In this document: piece after piece, positions 1 to 13,660 of the stretch
Layout of the letters: the number at the start of each line of letters is the position of its first letter
Position numbering within the stretch: position 1 is the stretch's first letter
Origin: Escherichia coli
GTDB taxonomy: Bacteria > Pseudomonadota > Gammaproteobacteria > Enterobacterales > Enterobacteriaceae
Reading direction: 5' to 3' (one strand)
Length of the DNA stretch: 32,000 nt
Assembly (NCBI RefSeq): GCF_048011955.1
Contig: NZ_CP182139.1
Program-made: the position numbers and the translations under genes
The notes under the pieces: model-generated
Database searches by the model: none
Told to the model about the DNA's origin: nothing
Seen by the model: only the letters and a program-made list of their open reading frames with translations

Positions 1-48
1 AACCAATCAGGCTTCCTACTTACAGAATTGAGAAAAGAGGATGTGGAA

Positions 49-3907
<3,859 letters not shown>

Positions 3908-4043
3908 AACCTGAACTTAACAGAAAACAATCCGTTCAGGGATACGACGTTTGTATTTTAAGAATCTGACTGCCTGACCCGACGCATTTTACCTCTCCCT
4001 ATATTCATGCGTCCGGGACATAAACATAAATAAGGGCTATGAG

Positions 4044-5759
4044 ATGAATTCGTTACAAATCTTGAGTTTTGTCGGTTTTACGCTGCTGGTGGCGATCATC
4101 ACCTGGTGGAAGGTTCGCAAAACAGATACCGGATCGCAACAAGGCTATTTTCTTGCCGGACGTTCACTAAAAGCGCCGGTTATTGCCGCTTCGTTAATGT
4201 TAACCAACCTTTCCACGGAACAACTGGTTGGTCTTTCCGGGCAGGCCTACAAAAGCGGCATGTCGGTGATGGGCTGGGAAGTGACTTCAGCGGTGACGCT
4301 GATCTTCCTCGCGCTAATCTTTTTACCGCGCTATCTGAAGCGCGGCATTGCCACCATCCCCGATTTTCTGGAGGAACGTTATGATAAAACGACGCGTATT
4401 ATCATCGACTTCTGCTTCCTCATTGCCACCGGCGTCTGCTTTCTGCCGATTGTTCTCTACTCCGGCGCGTTGGCGCTCAACAGCCTGTTTCACGTCGGGG
4501 AATCGCTACAGATTTCTCACGGTGCGGCTATCTGGCTACTGGTAATTTTGCTTGGTCTGGCGGGAATTTTGTATGCGGTGATCGGCGGACTGCGCGCAAT
4601 GGCAGTGGCGGACTCCATCAACGGTATTGGGCTGGTTATCGGCGGGTTGATGGTGCCGGTATTTGGCCTGATCGCGATGGGCAAGGGCAGCTTTATGCAG
4701 GGCATTGAGCAAATTACCACCGTTCACGCCGAGAAATTAAACTCAGTCGGTGGCCCGACCGATCCCTTGCCGATTGGCGCGGCATTTACCGGTTTAATTC
4801 TGGTGAACACCTTTTACTGGTGTACAAATCAGGGCATCGTGCAACGCACGCTGGCGTCAAAAAGCCTGGCGGAAGGGCAAAAGGGGGCGCTGTTAACGGC
4901 GGTGCTGAAAATGCTCGACCCGCTGGTACTGGTGCTGCCAGGGTTGATTGCGTTTCATCTGTATCAGGATCTACCGAAAGCCGACATGGCCTACCCGACG
5001 CTGGTCAATAACGTTCTGCCAGTGCCACTGGTGGGTTTCTTCGGCGCGGTGTTATTTGGTGCGGTGATCAGTACCTTCAACGGCTTTCTGAATAGCGCCA
5101 GTACGTTATTCAGTATGGGTATTTACCGTCGCATCATTAACCAGAATGCCGAGCCGCAGCAGCTGGTCACCGTCGGGCGCAAATTTGGTTTCTTTATCGC
5201 TATCGTTTCGGTGCTGGTAGCGCCGTGGATCGCCAACGCGCCGCAGGGGCTGTATAGCTGGATGAAACAGCTCAACGGCATTTACAACGTGCCGCTGGTT
5301 ACCATCATCATTATGGGCTTTTTCTTCCCGCGCATCCCGGCGCTGGCGGCAAAAGTGGCGATGGGGATTGGCATAATCAGCTACATCACCATCAACTATC
5401 TGGTGAAGTTCGACTTCCATTTCCTCTATGTGCTGGCCTGTACGTTCTGCATCAACGTGGTCGTGATGCTGGTGATCGGTTTTATCAAACCGCGCGCCAC
5501 GCCGTTCACCTTCAAAGATGCGTTTGCGGTGGACATGAAACCGTGGAAAAACGTCAAGATCGCGTCAATTGGCATCCTGTTCGCGATGATTGGCGTCTAT
5601 GCCGGGCTGGCTGAATTCGGCGGCTACGGTACGCGCTGGTTAGCGATGATCAGTTATTTCATTGCCGCCGTAGTGATTGTCTACCTGATTTTTGACAGCT
5701 GGCGGCATCGTCACGACCCAGCCGTAACCTTTACTCCCGATGCAAAGGATAGCCTATGA
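4044..5759 (+). CDS. yidK: Sodium:solute symporter family transporter
   Basis: 571 aa multi-TM protein, SSS family pattern, upstream of a sulfatase gene with a 4-bp overlap. Confidence 0.92.
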   Translation: MNSLQILSFVGFTLLVAIITWWKVRKTDTGSQQGYFLAGRSLKAPVIAASLMLTNLSTEQLVGLSGQAYKSGMSVMGWEVTSAVTLIFLALIFLPRYLKRGIATIPDFLEERYDKTTRIIIDFCFLIATGVCFLPIVLYSGALALNSLFHVGESLQISHGAAIWLLVILLGLAGILYAVIGGLRAMAVADSINGIGLVIGGLMVPVFGLIAMGKGSFMQGIEQITTVHAEKLNSVGGPTDPLPIGAAFTGLILVNTFYWCTNQGIVQRTLASKSLAEGQKGALLTAVLKMLDPLVLVLPGLIAFHLYQDLPKADMAYPTLVNNVLPVPLVGFFGAVLFGAVISTFNGFLNSASTLFSMGIYRRIINQNAEPQQLVTVGRKFGFFIAIVSVLVAPWIANAPQGLYSWMKQLNGIYNVPLVTIIIMGFFFPRIPALAAKVAMGIGIISYITINYLVKFDFHFLYVLACTFCINVVVMLVIGFIKPRATPFTFKDAFAVDMKPWKNVKIASIGILFAMIGVYAGLAEFGGYGTRWLAMISYFIAAVVIVYLIFDSWRHRHDPAVTFTPDAKDSL

Positions 5760-7249
5760 AACGCCCCAATTTTCTGTTCATCATGACCGATACCCAGGCC
5801 ACCAATATGGTCGGTTGCTATAGCGGTAAGCCGCTGAATACGCAAAATATTGATAGTCTGGCGGCGGAAGGTATTCGCTTTAACTCCGCCTACACCTGTT
5901 CACCGGTTTGTACACCGGCGCGCGCCGGGCTGTTTACCGGTATCTACGCTAACCAGTCCGGCCCGTGGACCAACAACGTCGCGCCAGGCAAAAACATTTC
6001 CACTATGGGGCGCTACTTTAAGGATGCGGGCTATCACACCTGTTACATCGGCAAATGGCATCTCGACGGTCATGACTATTTCGGCACTGGCGAGTGTCCG
6101 CCGGAGTGGGACGCTGATTACTGGTTCGATGGGACGAACTATCTTAGCGAACTGACGGAGAAAGAGATTAGCCTGTGGCGCAATGGCCTAAACAGCGTTG
6201 AGGATTTACAGGCGAACCATATCGACGAAACCTTCACCTGGGCGCACCGCATCAGCAATCGGGCGGTGGATTTTCTGCAACAGCCCGCGCGCACCGAGGA
6301 ACCCTTCCTGATGGTGGTTTCGTATGATGAGCCGCATCACCCGTTCACCTGTCCGGTGGAGTATTTAGAGAAATACGCTGATTTTTACTACCAACTGGGC
6401 GAGAAAGCACAGGATGACCTGGCGAACAAACCAGAACATCACCGCTTATGGGCGCAGGCGATGCCATCGCCAGTCGGTGATGACGGGCTTTATCACCATC
6501 CGCTCTATTTTGCCTGTAATGACTTTGTTGATGACCAAATAGGACGGGTCATCAATGCCTTAACGCCAGAGCAACGTGAAAATACGTGGGTTATTTATAC
6601 ATCCGATCACGGCGAAATGATGGGCGCACATAAGCTGATCAGTAAAGGAGCGGCGATGTATGACGACATCACCCGTATTCCGCTGATCATCCGTTCGCCG
6701 CAAGGGGAGCGGCGACAGGTCAATACGCCAGTCAGTCATATCGATTTACTGCCGACAATGATGGCGCTGGCAGATATTGAAAAACCAGAGATTCTGCCGG
6801 GGGAAAATATCCTTGCCGTGAAAGAGCCACGCGGCGTGATGGTGGAATTTAACCGCTACGAGATTGAGCATGACAGCTTTGGCGGTTTTATTCCGGTGCG
6901 TTGCTGGGTGACGGATGACTTTAAACTGGTGCTCAACCTCTTCACCAGTGATGAACTTTACGATCGCCGTAATGATCCAAATGAAATGCATAACCTGATA
7001 GATGATATCCGTTTTGCCGACGTGCGCAGCAAAATGCATGACGCCTTATTGGATTACATGGATAAAATTCGCGATCCGTTCCGCAGTTACCAATGGAGCC
7101 TGCGTCCGTGGCGTAAAGATGCACAGCCGCGCTGGATGGGGGCATTTCGTCCACGCCCACAAGATGGTTATTCGCCAGTGGTACGCGACTATGACACCGG
7201 CCTGCCGACACAAGGGGTGAAGGTGGAAGAGAAAAAACAGAAGTTCTGA
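5756..7249 (+). CDS. yidJ: Sulfatase/phosphatase superfamily protein
   Basis: 497 aa; MTDTQATNMVGCY and the sulfatase signature CSPVCTPARAGLFTG; TSDHGEMMGAH motif. Confidence 0.93.
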   Translation: MKRPNFLFIMTDTQATNMVGCYSGKPLNTQNIDSLAAEGIRFNSAYTCSPVCTPARAGLFTGIYANQSGPWTNNVAPGKNISTMGRYFKDAGYHTCYIGKWHLDGHDYFGTGECPPEWDADYWFDGTNYLSELTEKEISLWRNGLNSVEDLQANHIDETFTWAHRISNRAVDFLQQPARTEEPFLMVVSYDEPHHPFTCPVEYLEKYADFYYQLGEKAQDDLANKPEHHRLWAQAMPSPVGDDGLYHHPLYFACNDFVDDQIGRVINALTPEQRENTWVIYTSDHGEMMGAHKLISKGAAMYDDITRIPLIIRSPQGERRQVNTPVSHIDLLPTMMALADIEKPEILPGENILAVKEPRGVMVEFNRYEIEHDSFGGFIPVRCWVTDDFKLVLNLFTSDELYDRRNDPNEMHNLIDDIRFADVRSKMHDALLDYMDKIRDPFRSYQWSLRPWRKDAQPRWMGAFRPRPQDGYSPVVRDYDTGLPTQGVKVEEKKQKF

Positions 7250-7251
7250 CG

Positions 7252-7286
7252 ATAATGCCCGCTGATGAACACCCGGCGGGCATTAT
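7252..7286. terminator. Bidirectional hairpin terminator between convergent yidJ and yidI
   Basis: Perfect 11-bp arms ATAATGCCCGC / GCGGGCATTAT between convergent genes. Confidence 0.7.
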
Positions 7287-7295
7287 TCAGGCTGC

Positions 7296-7745
7296 TTAAA
7301 CCAGTGAACCGCCAGTCAGGAAGGAAAAGATAAGGAATATCAGCAAAATGCTGCACACGATGCCGATACCAAAAAGCAAGGTATGGAAAGCCAGCGTCCC
7401 GCCGCCAAAAACCAGCGCGCCGCGAATGCCCCAGCGATTTTCCTTACGCATACCGCCAATAAATGCGCAAAGTAGCGCAGCAATGGCCAGTGCGATACCG
7501 CTTTGATCGAGGATTTTATCGACATCCACGTCCTCTTTTCTCTCCACGGTGGTAATTTTTTCGCCTTTTATTCCGGCGAGAAGACCTCTTTTAATTTCAG
7601 CCGTTTTGTCCGCCACGATGCTTTCAAGCGTTGGCGGTGGTGCGGAAAAAGGGCCGAATGAAAAGTGGATAATCCCCATCATTAAAGCGATGGCACCGAA
7701 TAGCATGCCCAATGAACTGATTTTATTTTGCGCTATGATACCCAT
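7296..7745 (-). CDS. yidI: Inner membrane protein
   Basis: 149 aa ORF with TM segments; position in the yid cluster. Confidence 0.88.
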   Translation of the reverse strand: MGIIAQNKISSLGMLFGAIALMMGIIHFSFGPFSAPPPTLESIVADKTAEIKRGLLAGIKGEKITTVERKEDVDVDKILDQSGIALAIAALLCAFIGGMRKENRWGIRGALVFGGGTLAFHTLLFGIGIVCSILLIFLIFSFLTGGSLV

Positions 7746-7853
7746 CTGACCTCCTTGTAGCGGATGGCAAAAGCATATCAGGAAACGGGCGGACGAAATT
7801 CTTAAAAAAAACCGCTAAAGGTAGAGCGTTAGTGAAATTGCAAAGGAGCAACA

Positions 7854-8201
7854 ATGAAAATTTCCCGCCTCGGAGAAGCGCCTGATTACCGCTTCTCGCT
7901 GGCTAATGAGCGTACTTTTCTGGCGTGGATCCGTACTGCACTAGGATTTCTGGCGGCGGGGGTTGGGCTTGATCAACTTGCGCCAGATTTCGCCACGCCC
8001 GTCATTCGCGAACTGCTGGCGTTGTTGTTGTGTCTGTTTTCCGGCGGGTTAGCGATGTATGGCTACTTGCGCTGGTTACGCAATGAAAAAGCGATGCGTC
8101 TGAAAGAGGACCTGCCCTACACCAACAGCTTATTAATCATCAGCTTAATATTGATGGTCGTAGCAGTGATCGTTATGGGACTGGTGTTGTATGCCGGATA
8201 G
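7854..8201 (+). CDS. yidH: DUF202-type inner membrane protein
   Basis: 115 aa; NERTFLAWIRTALGFLAAGVGL motif typical of DUF202. Confidence 0.92.
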   Translation: MKISRLGEAPDYRFSLANERTFLAWIRTALGFLAAGVGLDQLAPDFATPVIRELLALLLCLFSGGLAMYGYLRWLRNEKAMRLKEDLPYTNSLLIISLILMVVAVIVMGLVLYAG

Positions 8202-8553
8202 CCGCAAAGCCAGACGCATTGCCGACCCAGGGCTGCAGCCGGAGCGTACATCATTGGCGTGGTTTCGTACCATGCTGGGCTACGGCGCGTTGATGGCGTT
8301 GGCTATCAAACACAACTGGCACCAGGCGGGCATGTTATTCTGGATTTCGATTGGCATCCTCGCCATCGTGGCGCTGATCCTCTGGCACTACACCCGTAAT
8401 CGCAATTTAATGGATGTCACGAATAGCGATTTTTCTCAATTTCACGTAGTCCGTGACAAATTTTTGATCTCCCTCGCGGTGTTATCTCTCGCAATACTGT
8501 TTGCTGTAACGCATATACATCAACTTATCGTATTTATTGAGAGAGTCGCATGA
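8191..8553 (+). CDS. yidG: DUF202-type inner membrane protein
   Basis: 120 aa; PERTSLAWFRTMLGYGALMALAIKH; overlaps yidH by 11 bp and yidF by 4 bp. Confidence 0.92.
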   Translation: MPDSRKARRIADPGLQPERTSLAWFRTMLGYGALMALAIKHNWHQAGMLFWISIGILAIVALILWHYTRNRNLMDVTNSDFSQFHVVRDKFLISLAVLSLAILFAVTHIHQLIVFIERVA

Positions 8554-9047
8554 CAGGAAGTCAGGTCATTGATGCTGAAGAGGACAGGCATAAACTGGTT
8601 GTAGAGTATAAGGATACTCTGCAACCTGCCGATTTTTATCACAATTTCAAACAGCGGGGCATCCGCTCCGTACAGCTTATTCCCCATCTTGAATTTGATG
8701 ACCGGGGCGATATGACGGCCGCTTCGGTGACAGCAGAGCTGTGGGGGAAATTTTTAATTGCCCTGTTCGAGTGTTGGGTGCGGGCAGATATCAGTCGTAT
8801 CTCGATTGAGCTTTTTGACTCCACCCTACAAAAATGGTGTGGCAGCGAAAAACCGCAATCGCGCCGTGACTGCAAGGCGTGCGACTGGCATCGGCTGTGT
8901 CCGCACGCTCGGGAGGAGACGCCAGACAACGTGCTTTGTGCGGGCTATCAGGCGTTTTATTCTTACTCCGCACCGCATATGCGGGTGATGCGTGATCTGA
9001 TAAAGCAGCATCGTTCTCCCATGGAGCTGATGACGATGCTGCGGTGA
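8550..9047 (+). CDS. yidF: Conserved Cys-rich protein YidF
   Basis: 165 aa; CKACDWHRLC cysteine cluster; translationally coupled to yidG. Confidence 0.88.
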   Translation: MTGSQVIDAEEDRHKLVVEYKDTLQPADFYHNFKQRGIRSVQLIPHLEFDDRGDMTAASVTAELWGKFLIALFECWVRADISRISIELFDSTLQKWCGSEKPQSRRDCKACDWHRLCPHAREETPDNVLCAGYQAFYSYSAPHMRVMRDLIKQHRSPMELMTMLR

Positions 9048-9054
9048 TGTGCGC

Positions 9055-10245
9055 TTAAACGGGCTGCCCCTGATGCGACATCCGCGTTGCCAGCGGTAGC
9101 CAGCACAGCACGATCAACAATCCCATTAAGGTCATCAACAACCCCAGGCTGCCCTGACCGGTTTGCGGCAACATCGCTGAGAGCGACGCCAGCACGCCGG
9201 AACCAATGTTTTGCAGACCGCCGACCAGCGCGCCAGCCGTGCCCGCCAGGAAGGGGAACGGCTCCATCGCGCCGCTGGTCGCCAGCGGAAACAGCATCCC
9301 GGCACCGAAAAAGAACAGCGCGGCGGGAACAAGCAGCGTCCAGACATTCATCACGCCAAACCAGTCGGGGATCCACATCAGCAAGCCAGCCAGCAGGCAG
9401 CAGATAACCGACTGCCACATCAACGTTGAGAAGCGTTTATTAGGACGCCCGGCAAACCATGCCCCAAAAAATGCCGCCGGAATCGGCAGAATAAACAAAA
9501 TACTGACCGTCATACTGCTCAGCCCTAACACCGCGCCCATCAGCACGCCGGAGCAGGCTTCAAAGGCGGCAATCCCGGCCAGACCGCCAATCAGCATCAG
9601 CAAATAGCAGTTAAAACCGCCGTTACCGAAAAGCGCTTTATAACTGGTAAGCAGGCGCGTGCGCGGTGCATCGACCGGACGCGTTTCCGGCATCCAGCGG
9701 GCCATACTGAAGGTCACACCAGCACAAAGAACCAACAAAAAGAGATAACAGGCGCGCCAGTTCCACATCGTATCCAGCAGACCGCCGATTAGCGGTGCGA
9801 GCAACGGACTAACAAGAATCCCCATGTTTAACAGGCTGTTAGCATGGCGCAACTGTGTCCGTTCATATAAATCACGCGGCAAAGTACGCGCCATTACGCC
9901 GCCAACGCCGGTGCCCATCCCCTGCATCGCGCTGGCGGCAATTAACACCGTCAAACTGGAGGTCGTGACCGCGACCAGCGTTGCCAGCATAAAAATGGAC
10001 ATTCCGATGAGGATCACCGGTCGGCGGCCCACGCGGTCGGAAATCGGGCCATAAAACAGCTGTGAGACACCGTAAGTCAGCAGATAAGCGCCCATTACGC
10101 TCTGCACCGCCCCTTCACGGACGTTGAGATCGCGCGCCATATCGGCAATAGCTGGAATATAAATGGTTTGCGCCATCTGACCGACGGCCACGAGTAATAC
10201 CAACATCAATAACAAATTGACGTTTCTTTGCCTTTTCATTATCAC
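9055..10245 (-). CDS. emrD: Multidrug efflux MFS transporter EmrD
   Basis: 396 aa ORF; MKRQRNVNLLLMLVLLVAVGQMAQTIYIPAIADMARDLN and 12-TM MFS pattern; start may be the internal ATG at 10239. Confidence 0.95.
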   Translation of the reverse strand: MIMKRQRNVNLLLMLVLLVAVGQMAQTIYIPAIADMARDLNVREGAVQSVMGAYLLTYGVSQLFYGPISDRVGRRPVILIGMSIFMLATLVAVTTSSLTVLIAASAMQGMGTGVGGVMARTLPRDLYERTQLRHANSLLNMGILVSPLLAPLIGGLLDTMWNWRACYLFLLVLCAGVTFSMARWMPETRPVDAPRTRLLTSYKALFGNGGFNCYLLMLIGGLAGIAAFEACSGVLMGAVLGLSSMTVSILFILPIPAAFFGAWFAGRPNKRFSTLMWQSVICCLLAGLLMWIPDWFGVMNVWTLLVPAALFFFGAGMLFPLATSGAMEPFPFLAGTAGALVGGLQNIGSGVLASLSAMLPQTGQGSLGLLMTLMGLLIVLCWLPLATRMSHQGQPV

Positions 10246-10428
10246 GGATGCTTTTATAAAAATAATTAGAATAAGTCACTACGCATTCCCATAAATGCGG
10301 GAGAGGAATCTATCACATTGATAAATGTTAGCCAGATATACGCCAGGAATGGGGAATTGTTTAGCGGCAGAATATGTAAACAAAAGCGGCAATAAATGTT
10401 GCCGGGAGGGATTACGTGCGAACTGTAA

Positions 10429-10452
10429 CCCTCTCCCTGAAAGGGTGAGGGG
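10429..10452. repeat. Short GC-rich imperfect inverted repeat (boxC-like)
   Basis: CCCTCTCCCTGAAAGGGTGAGGGG between emrD and tisB. Confidence 0.35.
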
Positions 10453-10523
10453 CACAGGCAGCGCAGGTGCAAACATTCTGCTGGTAGAAGAAGCCCCCAA
10501 CTCCAACCCGCACGCTAAATATA

Positions 10524-10551
10524 AAAGGGGAGCGGTTACCCGCTCCCCTTT
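10524..10551 (-). terminator. Rho-independent terminator of the tisB transcript
   Basis: Arms AAAGGGGAGCG / CGCTCCCCTTT downstream of tisB; reads into a T-run on the minus strand. Confidence 0.75.
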
Positions 10552-10570
10552 GGTGCGACTTGAATCTGAA

Positions 10571-10660
10571 TTACTTCAGGTATTTCAGAACAGCATCAAG
10601 CAGTTGCAGTGCTGCAACAATGAGTTTGAGGATAAGAATGGCGATATCCACCAGGCTCAT
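10571..10660 (-). CDS. tisB: SOS-induced membrane toxin TisB (29 aa)
   Basis: Reverse strand reads MSLVDIAILILKLIVAALQLLDAVLKYLK* (not in the ORF track because of size); LexA box and istR lie upstream. Confidence 0.95.
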   Translation of the reverse strand: MSLVDIAILILKLIVAALQLLDAVLKYLK

Positions 10661-10762
10661 ACGCGTCTCCTGTGGTTCAGGAGCACTGCCAGCTGACGTA
10701 CCTTTCCGCTGCCTGTTGCCAGCTGTTGTGCACGCGGTATCTCAAGGAGAAACGTTGTGCTT

Positions 10763-10790
10763 GTTGACATAACACAGTGTGCTCACGCGG
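10763..10790 (-). promoter_or_regulatory. IstR-1 antisense target in the tisAB mRNA leader
   Basis: The + strand GTTGACATAACACAGTGTGCTCACGCGG is a near copy of the istR-1 5' end at 11021-11048, so the leftward tis mRNA is complementary to IstR-1 here. Confidence 0.8.
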
Positions 10791-10894
10791 GGTTAAGGCG
10801 CTGACGGCACCACCCGTTTCAGCCAGGACTTAGTGCGCCGGGTAACGATGCGGCCCCCGCATAACACATTGCGTACAGTGATATTATAGAAGTT

Positions 10895-10914
10895 TACTGT
10901 ATAAATAAACAGTA
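10895..10914. promoter_or_regulatory. LexA operator (SOS box) controlling tisAB/istR-2
   Basis: TACTGTATAAATAAACAGTA, near-consensus CTG(N10)CAG LexA box. Confidence 0.92.
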
Positions 10915-11020
10915 ATATTTGGACAAAACGCAAACTGTGATCGATACTCAACTATGCACTAAATACGTCAAAATTCATGCCGAAATTGCGCGTTCTGCGC
11001 GGAACACGTATACTTTCAGT

Positions 11021-11095
11021 GTTGACATAATACAGTGTGCTTTGCGGTTACCAGCCGCAGGCGGCTGACGAAACCTCGCTCCGGCGGGGTTTTTT
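11021..11095 (+). ncRNA. istR: IstR-1 antitoxin small RNA
   Basis: GTTGACATAATACAGTGTGCTTTGCGGTTACCAGCCGCAGGCGGCTGACGAAACCTCGCTCCGGCGGGGTTTTTT, ending in a hairpin plus T6. Confidence 0.93.
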
Positions 11096-11224
11096 GTTAC
11101 CTGCAATTCAGTGCAAAACGTGATCAACCCCTCAATTTTCCCTTGCTGAAAAATTTTCCATTGTCTCCCCTGTAAAGCTGTGCTTGTATAAATATTGTTA
11201 AACACAAAACCAACAAGGTCCCCA

Positions 11225-11323
11225 ATGACTACTTCCATGTTCAACGCAAAACTACTACCAACTGCGCCATCCGCCGCAGTGGTCGTCGTGCGTGTGGTGG
11301 TGGTCGTCGGCAATGCGCCGTAG
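11225..11323 (+). CDS. ivbL: ilvBN operon leader peptide (Val-rich)
   Basis: ATG...TAG encodes MTTSMFNAKLLPTAPSAAVVVVRVVVVVGNAP; runs of Val codons precede an attenuator. Confidence 0.96.
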   Translation: MTTSMFNAKLLPTAPSAAVVVVRVVVVVGNAP

Positions 11324-11346
11324 GGACTGGAACAACACACGATTCC

Positions 11347-11381
11347 AAAACCCCGCCGGCGCAAACCGGGCGGGGTTTTTC
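11347..11381 (+). terminator. ilvBN attenuator (rho-independent hairpin)
   Basis: AAAACCCCGCCGG...CCGGGCGGGGTTTTT between ivbL and ilvB. Confidence 0.9.
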
Positions 11382-11428
11382 GTTTAAGCACCTCCCGGAA
11401 AGTCGGCCCAGAAGAAAAGGACTGGAGC

Positions 11429-13117
11429 ATGGCAAGTTCGGGCACAACATCGACGCGTAAGCGCTTTACCGGCGCAGAATTTATCGTTCATTTCCTGGAA
11501 CAGCAGGGCATTAAGATTGTGACGGGTATTCCGGGCGGTTCTATCCTGCCTGTTTACGATGCCTTAAGCCAAAGCACGCAAATCCGCCATATTCTGGCTC
11601 GCCATGAACAGGGCGCGGGGTTTATCGCTCAGGGAATGGCGCGCACCGACGGTAAACCGGCGGTCTGTATGGCCTGTAGCGGGCCGGGTGCGACTAACCT
11701 GGTGACCGCCATTGCCGATGCGCGGCTGGACTCCATCCCGCTGATTTGCATCACTGGTCAGGTTCCCGCCTCGATGATCGGCACCGACGCCTTCCAGGAA
11801 GTGGACACCTACGGCATCTCTATCCCCATCACCAAACACAACTATCTGGTCAGACATATCGAAGAACTCCCGCAGGTCATGAGCGATGCCTTCCGTATTG
11901 CGCAATCAGGCCGCCCTGGCCCGGTGTGGATAGACATTCCTAAGGATGTGCAAACGGCAGTTTTTGAGATTGAAGCACAGCCCGCGGTGGCAGAAAAAGC
12001 CGCCGCACCTGCCTTTAGCGAAGAAAGCATTCGTGACGCAGCTACAATGATTAACGCCGCCAAACGCCCGGTGCTTTATCTGGGCGGCGGTGTGATCAAT
12101 GCGCCTGCGCGGGTGCGTGAACTGGCGGAGAAAGCGCAACTGCCAACTACCATGACCTTAATGGCGCTGGGTATGCTGCCAAAAGCGCATCCGCTGTCGC
12201 TGGGTATGCTGGGGATGCACGGCGTGCGCAGCACCAACTATATTTTGCAGGAGGCGGATTTGTTGATTGTGCTCGGTGCGCGTTTTGATGACCGGGCGAT
12301 TGGCAAAACCGAGCAGTTCTGCCCGAATGCCAAAATTATTCATGTCGATATCGACCGCGCAGAGCTGGGTAAAATCAAGCAACCGCATGTGGCGATTCAG
12401 GCGGATGTTGATGACGTGCTGGCGCAGTTGATCCCGCTGGTGGAAGCGCAACCGCGTGCAGAGTGGCACCAGTTGGTGGCGGATTTGCAGCGCGAATTTC
12501 CGTGTCCAATCCCGAAAGCGTGCGATCCGTTAAGCCATTACGGCCTGATCAACGCCGTTGCCGCCTGTGTCGATGACAATGCAATTATCACCACCGACGT
12601 TGGTCAGCATCAGATGTGGACCGCGCAAGCCTATCCGCTCAATCGCCCACGCCAGTGGCTGACCTCTGGCGGGCTGGGCACGATGGGCTTTGGCCTGCCT
12701 GCGGCGATTGGCGCGGCGTTGGCGAACCCGGATCGCAAAGTGTTGTGTTTCTCCGGCGACGGCAGCCTGATGATGAATATTCAGGAGATGGCGACCGCCA
12801 GTGAAAACCAGCTGGATGTCAAAATCATTCTGATGAACAACGAAGCGCTGGGGCTGGTGCATCAGCAACAGAGTCTGTTCTACAAGCAGGGCGTTTTTGC
12901 CGCTACCTATCCGGGAAAAATCAACTTTATGCAGATTGCCGCCGGATTCGGTCTCGAAACCTGTGATTTGAATAACGAAGCCGATCCGCAGGCTGCATTG
13001 CAAGAAATCATCAATCGCCCTGGTCCGGCGCTGATCCATGTGCGTATTGATGCCGAAGAAAAAGTTTACCCGATGGTGCCGCCAGGTGCGGCGAATACTG
13101 AAATGGTGGGGGAATAA
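11429..13117 (+). CDS. ilvB: Acetolactate synthase I large subunit
   Basis: 562 aa; TPP enzyme with GIPGGSILPVYDAL and GDGSLMMNIQEMAT...NNEALG motifs. Confidence 0.98.
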   Translation: MASSGTTSTRKRFTGAEFIVHFLEQQGIKIVTGIPGGSILPVYDALSQSTQIRHILARHEQGAGFIAQGMARTDGKPAVCMACSGPGATNLVTAIADARLDSIPLICITGQVPASMIGTDAFQEVDTYGISIPITKHNYLVRHIEELPQVMSDAFRIAQSGRPGPVWIDIPKDVQTAVFEIEAQPAVAEKAAAPAFSEESIRDAATMINAAKRPVLYLGGGVINAPARVRELAEKAQLPTTMTLMALGMLPKAHPLSLGMLGMHGVRSTNYILQEADLLIVLGARFDDRAIGKTEQFCPNAKIIHVDIDRAELGKIKQPHVAIQADVDDVLAQLIPLVEAQPRAEWHQLVADLQREFPCPIPKACDPLSHYGLINAVAACVDDNAIITTDVGQHQMWTAQAYPLNRPRQWLTSGGLGTMGFGLPAAIGAALANPDRKVLCFSGDGSLMMNIQEMATASENQLDVKIILMNNEALGLVHQQQSLFYKQGVFAATYPGKINFMQIAAGFGLETCDLNNEADPQAALQEIINRPGPALIHVRIDAEEKVYPMVPPGAANTEMVGE

Positions 13118-13120
13118 GCC

Positions 13121-13411
13121 ATGCAAAACACAACTCATGACAACGTGATTCTGGAACTCACCGTTCGCAACCATCCGGGCGTAATGACCCACGTTTGTGG
13201 CCTTTTTGCCCGCCGAGCTTTTAACGTTGAAGGCATTCTCTGCCTGCCGATTCAGGACAGCGACAAAAGCCACATCTGGCTACTGGTCAATGACGACCAG
13301 CGTCTGGAGCAGATGATAAGCCAGATAGACAAGCTGGAAGATGTGGTGAAAGTGCAGCGTAATCAGTCCGATCCGACGATGTTTAACAAGATTGCGGTGT
13401 TTTTTCAGTAA
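13121..13411 (+). CDS. ilvN: Acetolactate synthase I small (regulatory) subunit
   Basis: 96 aa ACT-domain protein directly downstream of ilvB. Confidence 0.97.
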
Positions 13412-13442
13412 GGAGCGACATTAAACCGTTCGGGGGGTACTG

Positions 13443-13460
13443 ATGAGCGATTTTTGATAG
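13443..13460 (+). repeat. Direct repeat copy 1: ATGAGCGATTTTTGATAG
   Basis: Perfect 18-bp match to 15051-15068; each copy lies upstream of one of the two paralogous genes. Confidence 0.9.
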
Positions 13461-13482
13461 ATCCGTTCAGATATATAGGGTG

Positions 13483-13515
13483 AAATTGTGCCAGAGACCA
13501 TCTCAGGCACAATTT
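13483..13515. terminator. Inverted repeat downstream of ilvN, possible terminator
   Basis: Perfect 10-bp arms AAATTGTGCC / GGCACAATTT. Confidence 0.45.
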
Positions 13516-13660
13516 ATTAGCCCTGAACGTTAATTTAAGTCGCTGCACCGGTAATTTGGGGGTTAACAGTTAGGGCTAAAATTTCCAGCGATGGTGTTAA
13601 ATTCTGATTGCTGTCTATACCAGTGGTCATGACCAGCATTCTATTAATTAATGGTTCATC

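Noticed and set aside
8185-8230. GCCGGATAGCCGCAAAGCCAGACGC as a possible REP/BIME element
   Set aside because: It lies in the yidH/yidG coding overlap and lacks the REP inverted-repeat structure.
8963-9418. 151-aa plus-strand ORF opposite the emrD 3' end
   Set aside because: Antisense shadow of emrD with out-of-frame translation; no independent support.
10325-10696. 123-aa plus-strand ORF MLARYTPGMGNCLAAEYVNK...
   Set aside because: Antisense to tisB and across its terminator; no coding character. Treated as spurious.
10975-11445. 156-aa minus-strand ORF over the istR/ivbL region
   Set aside because: Antisense to istR, ivbL and the attenuator; better explained by the known elements on the + strand.
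12530-13273. 247-aa minus-strand ORF within ilvB/ilvN
   Set aside because: Shadow ORF in a GC-rich highly conserved coding region; ilvB/ilvN explain the sequence.
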